From: Camelus ferus
Lineage: Eukaryota
Reading direction: 5' to 3'
DNA length: 64,000 nt
Assembly: GCF_009834535.1 (NCBI RefSeq)
Contig: NC_045696.1
Span: forward strand, 49,106,001 to 49,170,000
Every line of letters starts with the position of its first letter. The stretch's first letter is position 1. Positions 53,001 through 64,000 of the stretch are shown piece after piece. A program made the position numbers and the translations under genes. The notes below the pieces were generated by a model, which saw nothing but the letters and a program-made list of their open reading frames with translations, ran no database searches and was not told the DNA's origin.

Positions 53001-53879
53001 TGCTGCATCCCAGAGGTTATGGGTTGCTGTGTTTTCATTTTCATTTGTCTCAGAGTATGTTTTGACTTCCTCTTTGATTTCTTCCATGATCCACTGATTG
53101 TGTAGTAGCATATTGTTTAGCCTCCACGTGTTTGCAGTTTTTGCAGTTTTTTTCTTGTAGTTGATTATTTACCTAATAGCATTGTGGTCTGAAAAGTTGC
53201 TTGGTATGATTTCAGTTTTATTAAATCTGCTGAGGCTAGCTTTGTGGGCCAGCATGTAGTTGATTCTGGAGAATGTTACATGTGCACCTGAGAAGAATTT
53301 TGTTTTTTGAATTTTATTCTTTTGTTTTTTGGGGGAATGCTCTATAGATATCAATTAGGTCCGTCTGGTCTAATGTGTTATTCAGGGCCTGTATTTCCTT
53401 ACTGATTTTCTGTCTAAATGATCTGTCCATTGGTGTATGTGAGGTGTGAAGGTCCCCACTATTGTGTTATTGTCAATTTCTCCTTTTGTGTCTGTTAAAA
53501 GTTGCCATATATGTTGAGGTGCTCCTGTGTTGGGTGCATATATATTTACAGTTGTTATATCCTCTTCTTGGATTGATCCCTTAAGCATTATGTAGTGCCC
53601 TTCTTTGCCTCTTGTAACAGTCTTTGTTTTAAAACCTATTTTATCTGATATAAATATTGCTAATCCAGCTTTCTTCTGGTTTCCGTTTGCATGGAATATC
53701 TCTTTCCATCCCCTTACTTTCAACCTGCATGTGTCTCTAGCTCTGGAGTGGGTCTCTTGTAGACAGCATATATATGGGTCTTGTTTTTGTATCTATTCAG
53801 CCAGTCTGTGTCTTAAGGTTGGAGCATTTAATCCATTTACATTTAAGGTAATTATTGATAGGTATGTTCTTACTGCCAT
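50060..53879 (-). pseudogene. L1 ORF2p (endonuclease/reverse transcriptase), multiple stops and frameshifts
   Basis: [52 protein letters not shown] and HCWWEC motifs spread across separate ORF fragments. Confidence 0.95.
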
Positions 53880-53965
53880 TTTGTTAATTGTTTTGAGTTT
53901 GTTTTTGTAGGTCTTTCTCTCTCTCTCTCTCTTTCTTTTTGTTCTCTTTTCTTGTGCTTTAATGA

Positions 53966-54856
53966 CTAGAGAAGTTCCTTTAATATTTTTTGTAAAGCTG
54001 ATTTGGAGGTGCTGAATTTTTAGTTTTTGTTTACCTGTGAAATTTTTTATTTGTCCATCAAGTGTAAATGATAGCCTTGCTGGATAAAGTATTCTTGGCT
54101 GTAGGTTTTTCCCTTTCAGCACTTTAAATATATCATGCCACTCCCTTCTGGCCTGAAGGGTTTCTGCTGAAAAATCAGCTGTTAACCTAATGGGAGCTCC
54201 CTTGTATATTATTTGTTGCTTTTGTCTTGCTGATTTTAATATTCTCTCTTTATCCTTAATTTTGTGAATTTGATTAGTATGTGCCTTGGTGTATTCCTCT
54301 TTGGATTGATCCTTTGTGGGACTCTCTGAGCTTCCTGGACTTGGATGAGAGTTTCCTTTCCCAAGTTAAGGAAGTTTTCAGTTAGTATCTCTTCAAAAAT
54401 TTTCTCAGCTGTTTTCTCCCTTTCTTTGTTTTCTGGGACCCCTATAATGTGAATATTGTTGTACTGTGCATTGTGCCAGAGTTCTCTTAAATTATCTTCA
54501 TTTATTTTCATTCTTTTTTTTTTTTTTCTCTGTTCTGGAATGGTGATTTCCACTATTCTGTCTTCTAGCTCACTAATCCATTCTTCTGCCTCGTTTAGCT
54601 TATTCTTGGTTCCTTCTAATGTGTTACTCATTTCGGTAATTTTATTCTTCAACTCTGTTTGGGTATTCTTTATATTTTCCAGCTCTTTGCTAAAAACTTC
54701 ACTTTGTGCATCTATGCTTCTCTTGAGTTCTCTGAACATCTTCACCATCATCATTTCAAACTCTTTCTTGGATAAATTGCCTATTTTGTCATCACTTATT
54801 TCTTCTTTGATTTTATCTTGTGTCTTGTCCTGGAGGATATTCCTTTGCTGCCTCAT
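53966..54856 (-). pseudogene. L1 ORF1p, frameshifted
   Basis: MRQQRN...coiled coil...NIHIIGVPE...RNTPRHILIK, then LQPRILYPARLSF in another frame. TAG at 53966-53968. Confidence 0.9.
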
Positions 54857-55929
54857 TGTGTCTGTCTTTCTCTTTGTGTTTTTAGATAGACTAGTTATGA
54901 TTCTCAACCTTCAAAAAGTGGCCCTCTATGGAAGATGTCCTATGTGTCCCAACAGTACACTCTTCTCTTATCACCCAAGGGGCAGGGTCAAGCTGTTCCT
55001 AGTGTAGTCTGGCTTGTGTTTGTGGATTCCTTCCACAGGCTTGGGGCTATTGTTTTCTTATTTCTGTTATCTGCCCCCTGGTGGATGAGGCTGGGCTATA
55101 GGCTTATGTTGGTTTCCTGATAAGAGGGGTCGGTGTCTGCCCACTGCTGGGTGAAGCTTGGCCTGAAACTCTGGTGGGTAGGGCCCTGCCTAGAGGTGTT
55201 TTCGGCTCAGAAAGTGTGATGATGGATGAAGCTTTGTTTCCACCCAATATATTGTTTGGCCTGAGGGTTGCCAGCCCTTAAGCCTACAGGCTGTTTGGTG
55301 GGGCTGTGTCTTAGGTGTTATTAATCCAATCAAGATGTCAGCCTCCAGGGAAGTTCATGTAGATGAACATTCCCAGAATGTCTGTCACCAGCTTGTATGT
55401 CCCCTGGGTGACCTGCAGCAGTCCCCTAACTCCTCAGGAGAACTTCCAAAACCAGCAGGCTGGTCTGGCCCAGGTTCCTATGCAGCCCTTGGACCTGGTG
55501 CAGTCGAGATCCCGTGTGCACCTCCCAAGAGTGTTAAGTCTCTATCTCTCCCAGTCCTGTGGGGCTCCTGAAGTTAAGCCCCAAGAGCCTTCAAAACCAG
55601 ATGTTCTGGGGTCTCCTCCTCCCACTCCCGGAACCCTGGTCTGGGGGGCCTGATGTGGGGCTCAGAACTCTCACTCCTGTGGGAGCTCATCTGTGACTTG
55701 ATTGTTCTTCAGCTTGTGGGTTGCCCACCCAGAGGATATGGGGCCCAACTATATATCATGATCTCACCCCTCCTACCTTCCTGTTGTGGTTCCAGTTGAA
55801 GCAGATCCTTTTTGCTAGACTCCAGTCTTTTTCTCTATGGCTGTTGAGAAGATGGTTGTGGTTTTGTTGTAGTTACAAGGAGAGGCAAGTTCATGGTCCT
55901 GCTACTTCGCCATCTTGGTTCAATCTCTC

Positions 55930-56318
55930 TGTCAATATTTATTTGGTTAAAAATTAAAACTGAGAAATTTAAAATGTTTTAATTCCTTCAGAAATGATAA
56001 ACCCATTATAATTAACATATTTTTATGAAAACCAAGTATTTCCTATAAAAATTAGTGATAAGAATGGCATTGTATTTTTATTTTGCGTGTCTTTAATATC
56101 TGTCATAATAGATAATGACTGGATTTTCATGCCTACTTCAGCATTCAGTTTGCTAAGTATCATGTTTTGTAACCTCTGGAAATCCACTATATACTCATGA
56201 CACAATGAGAATGAAAAAGACAGATAACATCTTAGTATGACTGTGAAAATAGTTTTGACTTCATTAACCACCTGAAAAGGTCTTGAGTACTCTTAGGATC
56301 TCACTTTGAGTACTGGTG
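55930..56318. mobile_element. Charlie1(b)-like hAT element, right part
   Basis: aaattaaaactgagaaattt...taaacccatta...gaatggcattg...ctctggaaatccacta...gaaaatagttttgac...cactttgagtac continues the consensus started at 49592. Confidence 0.8.
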
Positions 56319-56399
56319 CTTCAGTCAATTTACTGTTTCCCCACAATTGTTTCACACCTTTCTTTTTAAGCCTCTGGAATCTTTTCTTCTCTTATTTTT

Positions 56400-56800
56400 G
56401 TATGAAATCCTTGCTTTCTATTTTAAAGAGCAAAAAGCAGTAGTCAGAAAAGAACTTTCACCACCATATCTATCAGCCTACCTATCTGTACTGGTAGACT
56501 CTGCCTACTATAGCTGATCTACAGTAAAGGACTAAGTTATCTCTTCTAGTTCTCACCCATACTGTCTTTTCTTAAAGATAACACTTCAACAGTTTTTCTT
56601 TCTCATGTCTCATACATTTTTCTTTTTTATCATTTAAGTCAACATAAAAATATATTATAACATCTCCCATTAAAAAAATACACTCCCTAATCTATCCTCT
56701 CTCTTGAGCTTCTTTCTGATCTCTTTGCCTGCCTTTATAGTAAAAATCCTTACAAAAGTTACCTATATATTGAATGTTCTCCAGTCCCTCTCCTAGTCTC
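56400..56800 (+). mobile_element. L2 internal fragment
   Basis: ccttgctttctatttt...agaaaagaac; gcctttatagtaaaaatccttacaaaagttacctata...ctccagtccctc. Confidence 0.55.
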
Positions 56801-58803
56801 ATTTTTTTAAATATAAAACAGCTTTTTGGGTATAAGGTGTACAATTTGATAAGTTTTCATATGGGTATATACCTATGAAATCATCACTACAATGTAGATA
56901 GTGAATGTTATCGATTACCCTGAAAAGTTTCCTTGTGTCCTCTATAAACCATCCATCGCATCTCTTCCTACTAACCCTCTTCCTCCAGGCAAGCACTGAT
57001 CTGCTTTCTGTCACTAAACAGTAGCTTATGTTTTCTAGAGTTTTATATAAATGGAATCATACTCTGGGTACTCTTTTTCTGTCTTCTTTCAACATAATTA
57101 TTTTGAAATTCATACACATTGTTGCATGTATCAGTTTATTTCCTTTTATTGCTGAGTGTATTTAAGAGTGTTCTCTTTAAATTTTTTAATAGACTTTAAT
57201 TTTTAGAGCAAAACTGGATAGAATGTACAGAGTTCCCATATAACCCCTGGTCTATGTGTGTATCACTCTCCCTGCCCCAACTTTTCCTACCAGAGTGGTA
57301 TATTTGTTACAATCATTGAACATGCATTGGTAACATCATAATCACCCAAAGACTGTAGTTAATATTAGGATTCACTCTTGATGTTGTACAGTCTGTGGGT
57401 TTTGACAAGTGTATAATGACATGTATCCACCATTAAAATATCATGCAGGGTAGTTTCACTGCCTTAAAAATTCTCTTTCAGTTATTCTTTTCTCTATCCC
57501 CTCTAACACTTAATAACCACTGATCTTTTTACTGTCTCCATAGTTTTGCCTTTTGCAGAATATCATATTAGTTGGAATCATTTAATATATAGCCTTTGCA
57601 TATTGGCTTTTAAAATTTAACAATATGCATTTAAGGTTTCTCCATGTCTTTTTGTGGCTTGATAGCACATTTCATTGTAGCACTGAGTGCTATTCCATTG
57701 TCTGGATGTACCACAATTTATTTATCCATTCACCTACTGAAGGACGCTTTGCTTCTCTGTTTTGGTAATTATGAATAAAGCTCCATGCAGGCTTCTGTGT
57801 AGGCATATGTTTTCTGCTCATTTGGGTAAACACCAAGGAACACAATTGCTGGATCAATAAGAGTATATTTCATTTTGTAACAAACCACCCAACTGTCTTT
57901 CAAAGTGGCTGAGTGGCTGTACCATTTGCCATTTCCCTCCAGCAGTGAATGGGAGTTTCTTTTGCTCCACATCCTTGTCAGGATTTGGTGGTGTCAGTGC
58001 TTGGATTTTGGCCTTTGTAATAATGTGTAATGATATCTTCTTGTTTCAATTTACAATTCCTTAATGATATGATGTTGAGCATCTTTTCATATGCTTATTT
58101 GCCATCTATATATCTTCTTTGATCAGGTGTTTAAGGTCTTTGGCCATTTTTTAATCGAGTTGTTTTCTTATTGTTGAGTTTTAAAAATTCTTTGTGTATT
58201 TTGGATAATGGTTTTTTATTAGATATTTCTTTTGCAAACATTTCCTGCCAGTCAGTGGCTTGTCTTCTCATTCTCTTGATATAATGTCTTTTGCAGGGCA
58301 GAAATGTTTAATTTTGATAATGGCCACCTTATCCATTATTTCTTTCATATATCATGTCTTTTGTGTTGTAATCTAAAAAGTCATCACCATACCAAGGTCA
58401 TCTAGATTTTTTTCCTGTGTTATCTCCTGGAAGTGTTATAGTTTTGTGTTTTACATTTAGGTTTGTGATCTGTTTTGAGTTAATTTTTGTGAAGGGTGTA
58501 AAGTCTTGTCTAGATTTATAGTTTTACATGTGGATATCCAGTTCAGCACCACTTGTTGACAAGACTATTTGCTCAGTTATATTACCTTTGTTTCTTTGTC
58601 AAAGATCAATTGGCTATAGTTAAAACATTCTGTTTCTGGATTCTCTGTTTTGTTCCATCAGTTTGTCTGATCTTTCATCAATGTCACACTGTCTTGATTA
58701 CTGTATCTTTATAGTAAGCCTTGAAGTAATATGGTGTCACTTCTCTGACTTTGTTCTCCTTCAGTAGTGTTGGCTATTCTGTGTCTTTTGTTTCTCCACA
58801 TAC
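56801..58803 (-). mobile_element. Nested old L1M 3' ends (56801-57170, and L1MC-like 57175-58803)
   Basis: Two successive antisense 3'UTRs. The second has gtacagagttcccata...ccagagtggtatatttgttacaatc and runs into ORF2. Confidence 0.8.
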
Positions 58804-60631
58804 TTTTTTTTTTTTTGGTTAACAAAACCTGGCATTTATTTTTCTCTTCTACTCACATATAATCTTTGTTTAATACATTCATGTGCCTGCCTTCGTAAAA
58901 ATAATCTTAGTCTCTCCCTAAAAATGGATATACAAAGTCCCATTTGTCTTTATATTCATCTTAGGTCCTGGATTCCCTGAGAATAAGAAATTTTAATGTG
59001 TCTCCTCGAGATTTTGTTAGGGTTCTTTAGATGTAGAATTACCCAGCATTCCTTTACGTATCTGCCATTACTGTTTTCCTGTAATTTTTTTTTTTAATTG
59101 AAGTATAGACAGTTACAATGTGTCAATTTCTGGTGTATAGCATAATGTTTCAGTCATACCTATACATATATTTATTTTCATATTCTTTTTCATTATAGTT
59201 TACTACAAAATATTGAATGTAGTTCCCTGTGCTATACAGAAGAAATCTGTTTTTTATCTGTTTTATATATAGTAGTTAATATTTGCAAATCTCACACTTC
59301 GAATTTATCCCTTCCCACCCCTTTTTCCCCTGTTGACCATAAGATTGTTTTCTATGTCCGTGAATCTGTTTCAGTTTTGTAGATGTGTTCATTTTTTTCT
59401 TTTTTCAGATTTCACATATGAGAGTTAGCATGTGGTATTTTGCTTTCTCTTTCTGGCTTATTTCACTTAGAATGACAGTCTCCGGGGATATCGATGTTGC
59501 TGCAAATGGCATAATTTTATTTTTTATGGCCGAATAGTATTCCATTGCATAAATATACCACAGCTTTTTTATCCAGTCATCTGTCGATGGACATGTAGGT
59601 TGTTTCCATGTCTTGGCTATTGTAAATAGTACTACTGTGAACATTAGGGTACATGTGTATTTTTGAATTACAGTTCCCTCTGGGTATATGCACAAGAGTG
59701 GGTTTGCTGGATCATATGGTAAGTCTAATTTTAGTTTGTTAAGGAATCTCCATACTGTTTTCCGAACAGCTGCACCAAACTACATTGCCATCAACAGTTA
59801 TAGGAGGATTCTCTTTTCTTCACACCCTCTCCAGCACTTACTGTTTGAGAACTTTTGAATAATGGCCATTCTGACTAGTGTGAGGTGATACCTCATTGTA
59901 GTTTTGACTTGCATTTTTCTGATAATTAGTGATATTGAGCATTTTTTTCATATGCTTATTGGCTTATTGCATGTCTTCATTGGAGAATTGCTTGTTTAGG
60001 TTTGCCCATTTTTGGATTGGGCTTTTTTTTGTTCGGTTTTGTTACTAAGTTGTCTGAGCTACTTACATATTCTGGAAATTAAACCATTGTCCATCACATC
60101 ATTTGCAAATATTTTCTCTCATTCTGTAGGTTGTCTTTTTGTTTTGCTTATGGTTTCCTTTGCTGTGCAAAAGGTTATAAGTTTAACTAGATCCCATTTG
60201 TTTATCTTTGCTTGTATTTCTATTGCCTGGGTAGACTTCCCTAGGAAAACATTAAGATTTATATCAGCAAATGTTTTGCCTATGTTTTTTTCTAAGAGGT
60301 TTATAGTATCTTGTCTTATGTTTAGGTCTTTAAGCCATTTTGAATTTATTTTTGTGTAATGGTGTAAGGGAGTATACTAACTTCATTGATTTACATACAG
60401 CTGTTGAGTTTTCCCAACACCGATTGCTGAAGAGGCTGTCTTTACTCCATTGTATATTCTTGCTTCCTTTGTCAAAGATGAATTGGCCAAAAGTCTGGGT
60501 TTATTTCTGGCCTGTCTAAAAGAATTGCCAAAGCGATACTGAAGAAAAAGAATAACCCTTCCAGACTTTAGACAATAGTACAGAACTGCAGTAATTAAAA
60601 CAACATGATATTGGTACAAAAACAGATATAT
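58804..60631 (-). mobile_element. L1 with 3' transduction (58817-59084) and 5' inversion (60518-60631)
   Basis: T13, unique 268 bp carrying AATAAA on the minus strand, T11, L1 3'UTR/ORF2 end, then a plus-strand ORF2 piece. Confidence 0.85.
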
Positions 60632-60649
60632 CTATCTGGTATCTTTTTG

Positions 60650-60780
60650 TTTTCTTGTCAATTCTGTCTTTCCAATTAGAATGTAAACCCCATAAGGACA
60701 GGGGCGTCTGTTCAATACTATTCCCAGTACCTGGTGCCTGGAACAAAGTACCTACTTGATACATAATGATAGAATGAATG
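60650..60780 (+). mobile_element. L2 3' terminus
   Basis: ttagaatgtaaaccccataaggacagggg...cccagtacctggtgcctggaaca...gaatgaatg. Confidence 0.7.
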
Positions 60781-62929
60781 TCCTGGATACTCTCAAACAT
60801 GTTTGATATGTGATCCAGTTTTTTCCTTAGAATATGTGATCTACTGTGATCCCAGAGTTAGAGATTCTTTCATACTTTATTAGTATTTGAGTTTTAAGTT
60901 CATAAATAGTTTTCGTATTTTATTAGTCACTTTGTACTCTTCTATGCTTATTTCTGTTTTGAGTATTGTTTGGGGTTATTGTTAAAAAGACTTTTTTGTT
61001 ACGTTTTGAAAGGTGTCATGGCAAACATCAGTTTAAAACAATTCAAACTCATTACTGAATGCACTGGGTGATAATTGATTCCTCTAAAATGTATTTAAGG
61101 GTACTGAAATTGTTGAGGATACCTATGCTCTGATTTTACTATATTCTTGTAAATGGATATTTATTTCAGTTGTTGCTTTAAAAATTATTCTAAATTCTGA
61201 GGAGTCTGAAATAATCCATACCTTAGAGATGTTTGGAGGTATTGTTTGTAGTTGGACACATAATACAATAAATATTTCATTTGTAGAATGTTTGTATGTA
61301 TCTATTTTGTAGATCCTGACATTTGAAAGATCCTGGGGCCTGAAATGTCCAAGATGCTTGCCATTTATAGGTTGAAAGTAAGATGTAAAAGATAGCATTA
61401 AAATATCAAAAAGGGTAGTATTAAAGATAGATTTGTAGTAACTTCTTTTACTTCTTGATTCATTGCTCAGAGTGGGAGAGGAAAGTGAACTATTGCCATT
61501 TTAGTCAAACTTCCATTTCAATCACTTTTCTTAAATATGATCTCTAATATGACTCTCATCTTTTATTTATTTTTGTTTTTTAAAAATCCATAGAAGTTAT
61601 ATGAGTCATTATGTTTCCTTTTGGGGGGTGGTCACAAGCTTCTTGTTCAATATATGTATTTCCTAATGTCTTCTATCCTCTGGGCACTCTTCACTGAATG
61701 GCTATTCAAATACACATGAAAATTCCAGAGTTGTTTTTTCATGGTTGCAGTGGTATTTCTGGGGGGGGGAGGGAACCACAAGTAGGGGAAAACAATCATT
61801 TCTGTCTCTTTTCTCTTTGAAAGGATAATAAGTTCAATTTAATTAACTAGCTATGAAACTTACTTGAAGATCCAATAGACACACAAGGCAGGAACAGAAC
61901 ATTGTATGTTATTGTGGTTTTCCTTGGCCCCTCAAGTGTGCAGGTGTCCAGATATGACTAAGTTGGGGTCTTGTCATATATGAAAGGTTCAGTTCTTTGC
62001 TGTTCTTAGCTTCTTTATATTGTAGGCTTATGTCACCATTATTGAAGAACTTCAAATAATTTAGGTCTTTAGTAACAAACAGTTGTTTCTCCAGCACACT
62101 TATGCTCTCCAGTCAAATTCAGCTTCATATGGGAAAGTAGGAGGAGAAAGTAGGCTCAATGTTAGGGAGATCTAGAGTGGTGAGACATTCTAGTATTGAT
62201 TGTGGTCCAAGAACCACAATGAAAAATCTGTTTCTCCATGATTTTAAAATTCTGTGGGGAAAATATTCAGAAGTGCTTTTTAAATTTGGGTTTAATCTAG
62301 GGTTGGGAAATGTATTAAACACTCCTGTTTGCAATTAACAGAAACCTGCTCTGGCTAACTGAAACACAAACAAGTAGATAGGTCATTAGAAGCTCATGGA
62401 ATCTAAGGGAGAGCCAAATATCAGTAATCAAGGGGTAGGATAAAACCATGATCAAATGTTTGGTAAGGGTTGAAACAAAAAAATTACACCAAAATTTCTT
62501 TTTTTCAGCAAGCAAAAACTACTTGGAATATTTCTGTAGAAAAATTATGAATTAAAAAAAATCACTCATAACCTCCTAAAAGTTAAAACAAATAAAGAAA
62601 AACCTGATAGGAACATTAATATTTGTTTACTAGTAAAATTGAACACATTAAAAATAGCCATTTATAGATTTTTTAAAAAATACCTGCTTAAGCTCTCATT
62701 AGGAGGTTAGTTTTTCTGGTCAAATCTATGAACCTTTTCCATGGTGGTTTTTCTGTCTTTGTTCTTAAACTGAGAGTGGCTTTCCCTATTTAAATAATGT
62801 AGAATATTTTAAATATATTTTTGATTCAGTGGAGATTTTTTTTTTTTCTATCTCCAAATACTCCCTTTACTAATGGTAGCCCACCAAGCCATGGTTCTTC
62901 TTTCTTTTTCTTTTTTTCAAAAAAACCCC

Positions 62930-63356
62930 CTCTTTTTTAAAAAAAATGAAGTATAGTTGAGTTACATTATATTAATTTTAGGTGCACTACATACTAATTA
63001 AATGTTTTTATAGGATATATTCCATACCGAGTTATTATACAATATTGATTATACTTCCTGTGCTTTACATTACATCCTTGTAACTTATTTTATACTTAAA
63101 ATCTGTTTGTATCTGTTAAACCCCTTCACCTATTGTGTCTCTCCTCACACCTCTCTCCTCTCTGGTAACCACTAATTTGTTCTCTCTGTCTGTGAGTCTT
63201 CTTCTGTCCTATTTTTAGATTTCATATGTAAGTGAAACCATAGAGTATTTGTCTTTCTCTGTCTTAACTTATTTCATTAAGCATAATACCCACCAGGTCC
63301 ATCCATGTTGTTGCAGATGGCAAAAATTTATTCTTTTTTATACCTGAGTAATATTT

Positions 63357-63393
<37 letters not shown>

Positions 63394-64000
63394 ACATCAT
63401 CTTTATCCATCTGTTGATGGATACTTACGCTGTTTCTGTGTCTTGGCTGTTGTAAATAATGCTGCTAAGAACATTTGGGGTGCATATCTTTTCAAATTAG
63501 TGTTTTTATGTTTTCAGATAATACCCAGGAATGGAATTGCTAAATCATATGGTGGTTATATTTTTAATATTTTGAGCAACCTCCATATTGTTTTCCATAA
63601 TGGCTGTACCATTATATTCCCACCAGCTGTGCATTAGGGTTCCTTTTTCTCTACATCCTCATCAACACTTATTCCTTGTTTTTTGGATGGTAGCCATTCT
63701 CACAGGTGTGAGGTGATATTTCATGTGGTTTTTATTTGCATTTGTATTTGATAGTGATGTTGAGCATCTTTTTATGTGCCTGTTAGCCATCTGTTTCTTC
63801 TTTGGAAAAATGCCTATTCAGGTTCTCTGCCCATTTTTTAATCGACGTGTTTGGTTTTTTGATATTGCATTGTATGAGTTCTTTATATAGTTTTTGTGTT
63901 AACCTCTTATTGGCCCTATCATCTGCAAGTATCTTCTCCCATTCAATAGGTTGTCTTTTAATTGTTCTTCTTCACTGTGACAAAAACTTTCAAGTTTGAT
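62930..64000 (-). mobile_element. L1 3' end running off the window, containing (GT)16 at 63359-63390
   Basis: tgaagtatagttga...ttagatttcatatgtaagtga...catccatgttgttgc...ORF2 C-terminal remnants. Confidence 0.9.

Larger units (their letters stand above)
49699..55927 (-). mobile_element. Full-length (~6.2 kb) inactivated LINE-1
   Basis: 5' end ...CCAAGATGGCG (YY1-type motif, ~55908-55918), ~1.07-kb 5'UTR, ORF1, ORF2 and tail. Degenerate TSD TCTGTCGGTATGTAT (49684-49698) / TCTGTCAATATTTAT (55928-55942), 12 of 15 identical. Confidence 0.96.
30348..64000 (+). other. NECTIN3: NECTIN3 intron 1 (partial, runs off the window)
   Basis: Starts at the GTAGGT donor. No sequence encoding the expected exon 2 peptide (ALAGPIIVEPHV...) seen in the ORF track or by eye. 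Confidence 0.85.

Noticed and set aside
50167..54907. Reverse transcriptase and endonuclease ORFs as a possible novel system or active element
   Set aside because: Ordinary L1 ORF1/ORF2 broken by several frameshifts and stops.
55335..55957. Plus-strand ORFs in the L1 5'UTR as ORF0-like
   Set aside because: ORF0 is described for primate L1. I see no similarity, and these lengths are compatible with chance.
1..64000. CRISPR arrays, tRNA/rRNA genes, NUMTs, processed pseudogenes
   Set aside because: None recognised. The poly-A/T tracts I examined were explained by L1 insertions or simple runs.

Overview
Mammalian genomic DNA containing the CpG-island promoter and coding exon 1 of NECTIN3 (PVRL3; + strand, CDS 30185-30347, signal peptide), about 30 kb of upstream sequence, and the first ~33.6 kb of intron 1. 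Exon 2 was not seen. The L1 3' ends look camelid/cetartiodactyl-type and I saw no Alu, B1, Bov-A/BovB, PRE-1 or CAN SINEs, so a camelid is likely (inference). The rest is mostly transposon relics: HAL1, L1, L2, MIR, MaLR/ERV solo LTRs, hAT and Tigger elements. The best non-obvious signals are retrotransposition mechanics: (1) an L1 with a 268-bp 3' transduction, a twin-priming 5' inversion and an apparent target-site deletion (58804-60631); (2) a dead full-length L1 inserted in a Charlie1 element, whose normal 3' terminus is replaced by ~280 bp of foreign polyadenylated sequence; (3) an internally primed mini-L1 with a TSD; (4) a 27-bp exact copy of nearby sequence at a likely rearrangement junction. 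Also noted: an unexplained CpG-rich island at 5.4-6.2 kb, a (CCG)10 and a G4 motif in the NECTIN3 5' leader, and a non-coding counterpart of the human alternative first exon. I found no evidence for a new multi-gene system. Repeat family names come from recalled consensus sequences, not from a database search, and most repeat boundaries are approximate.
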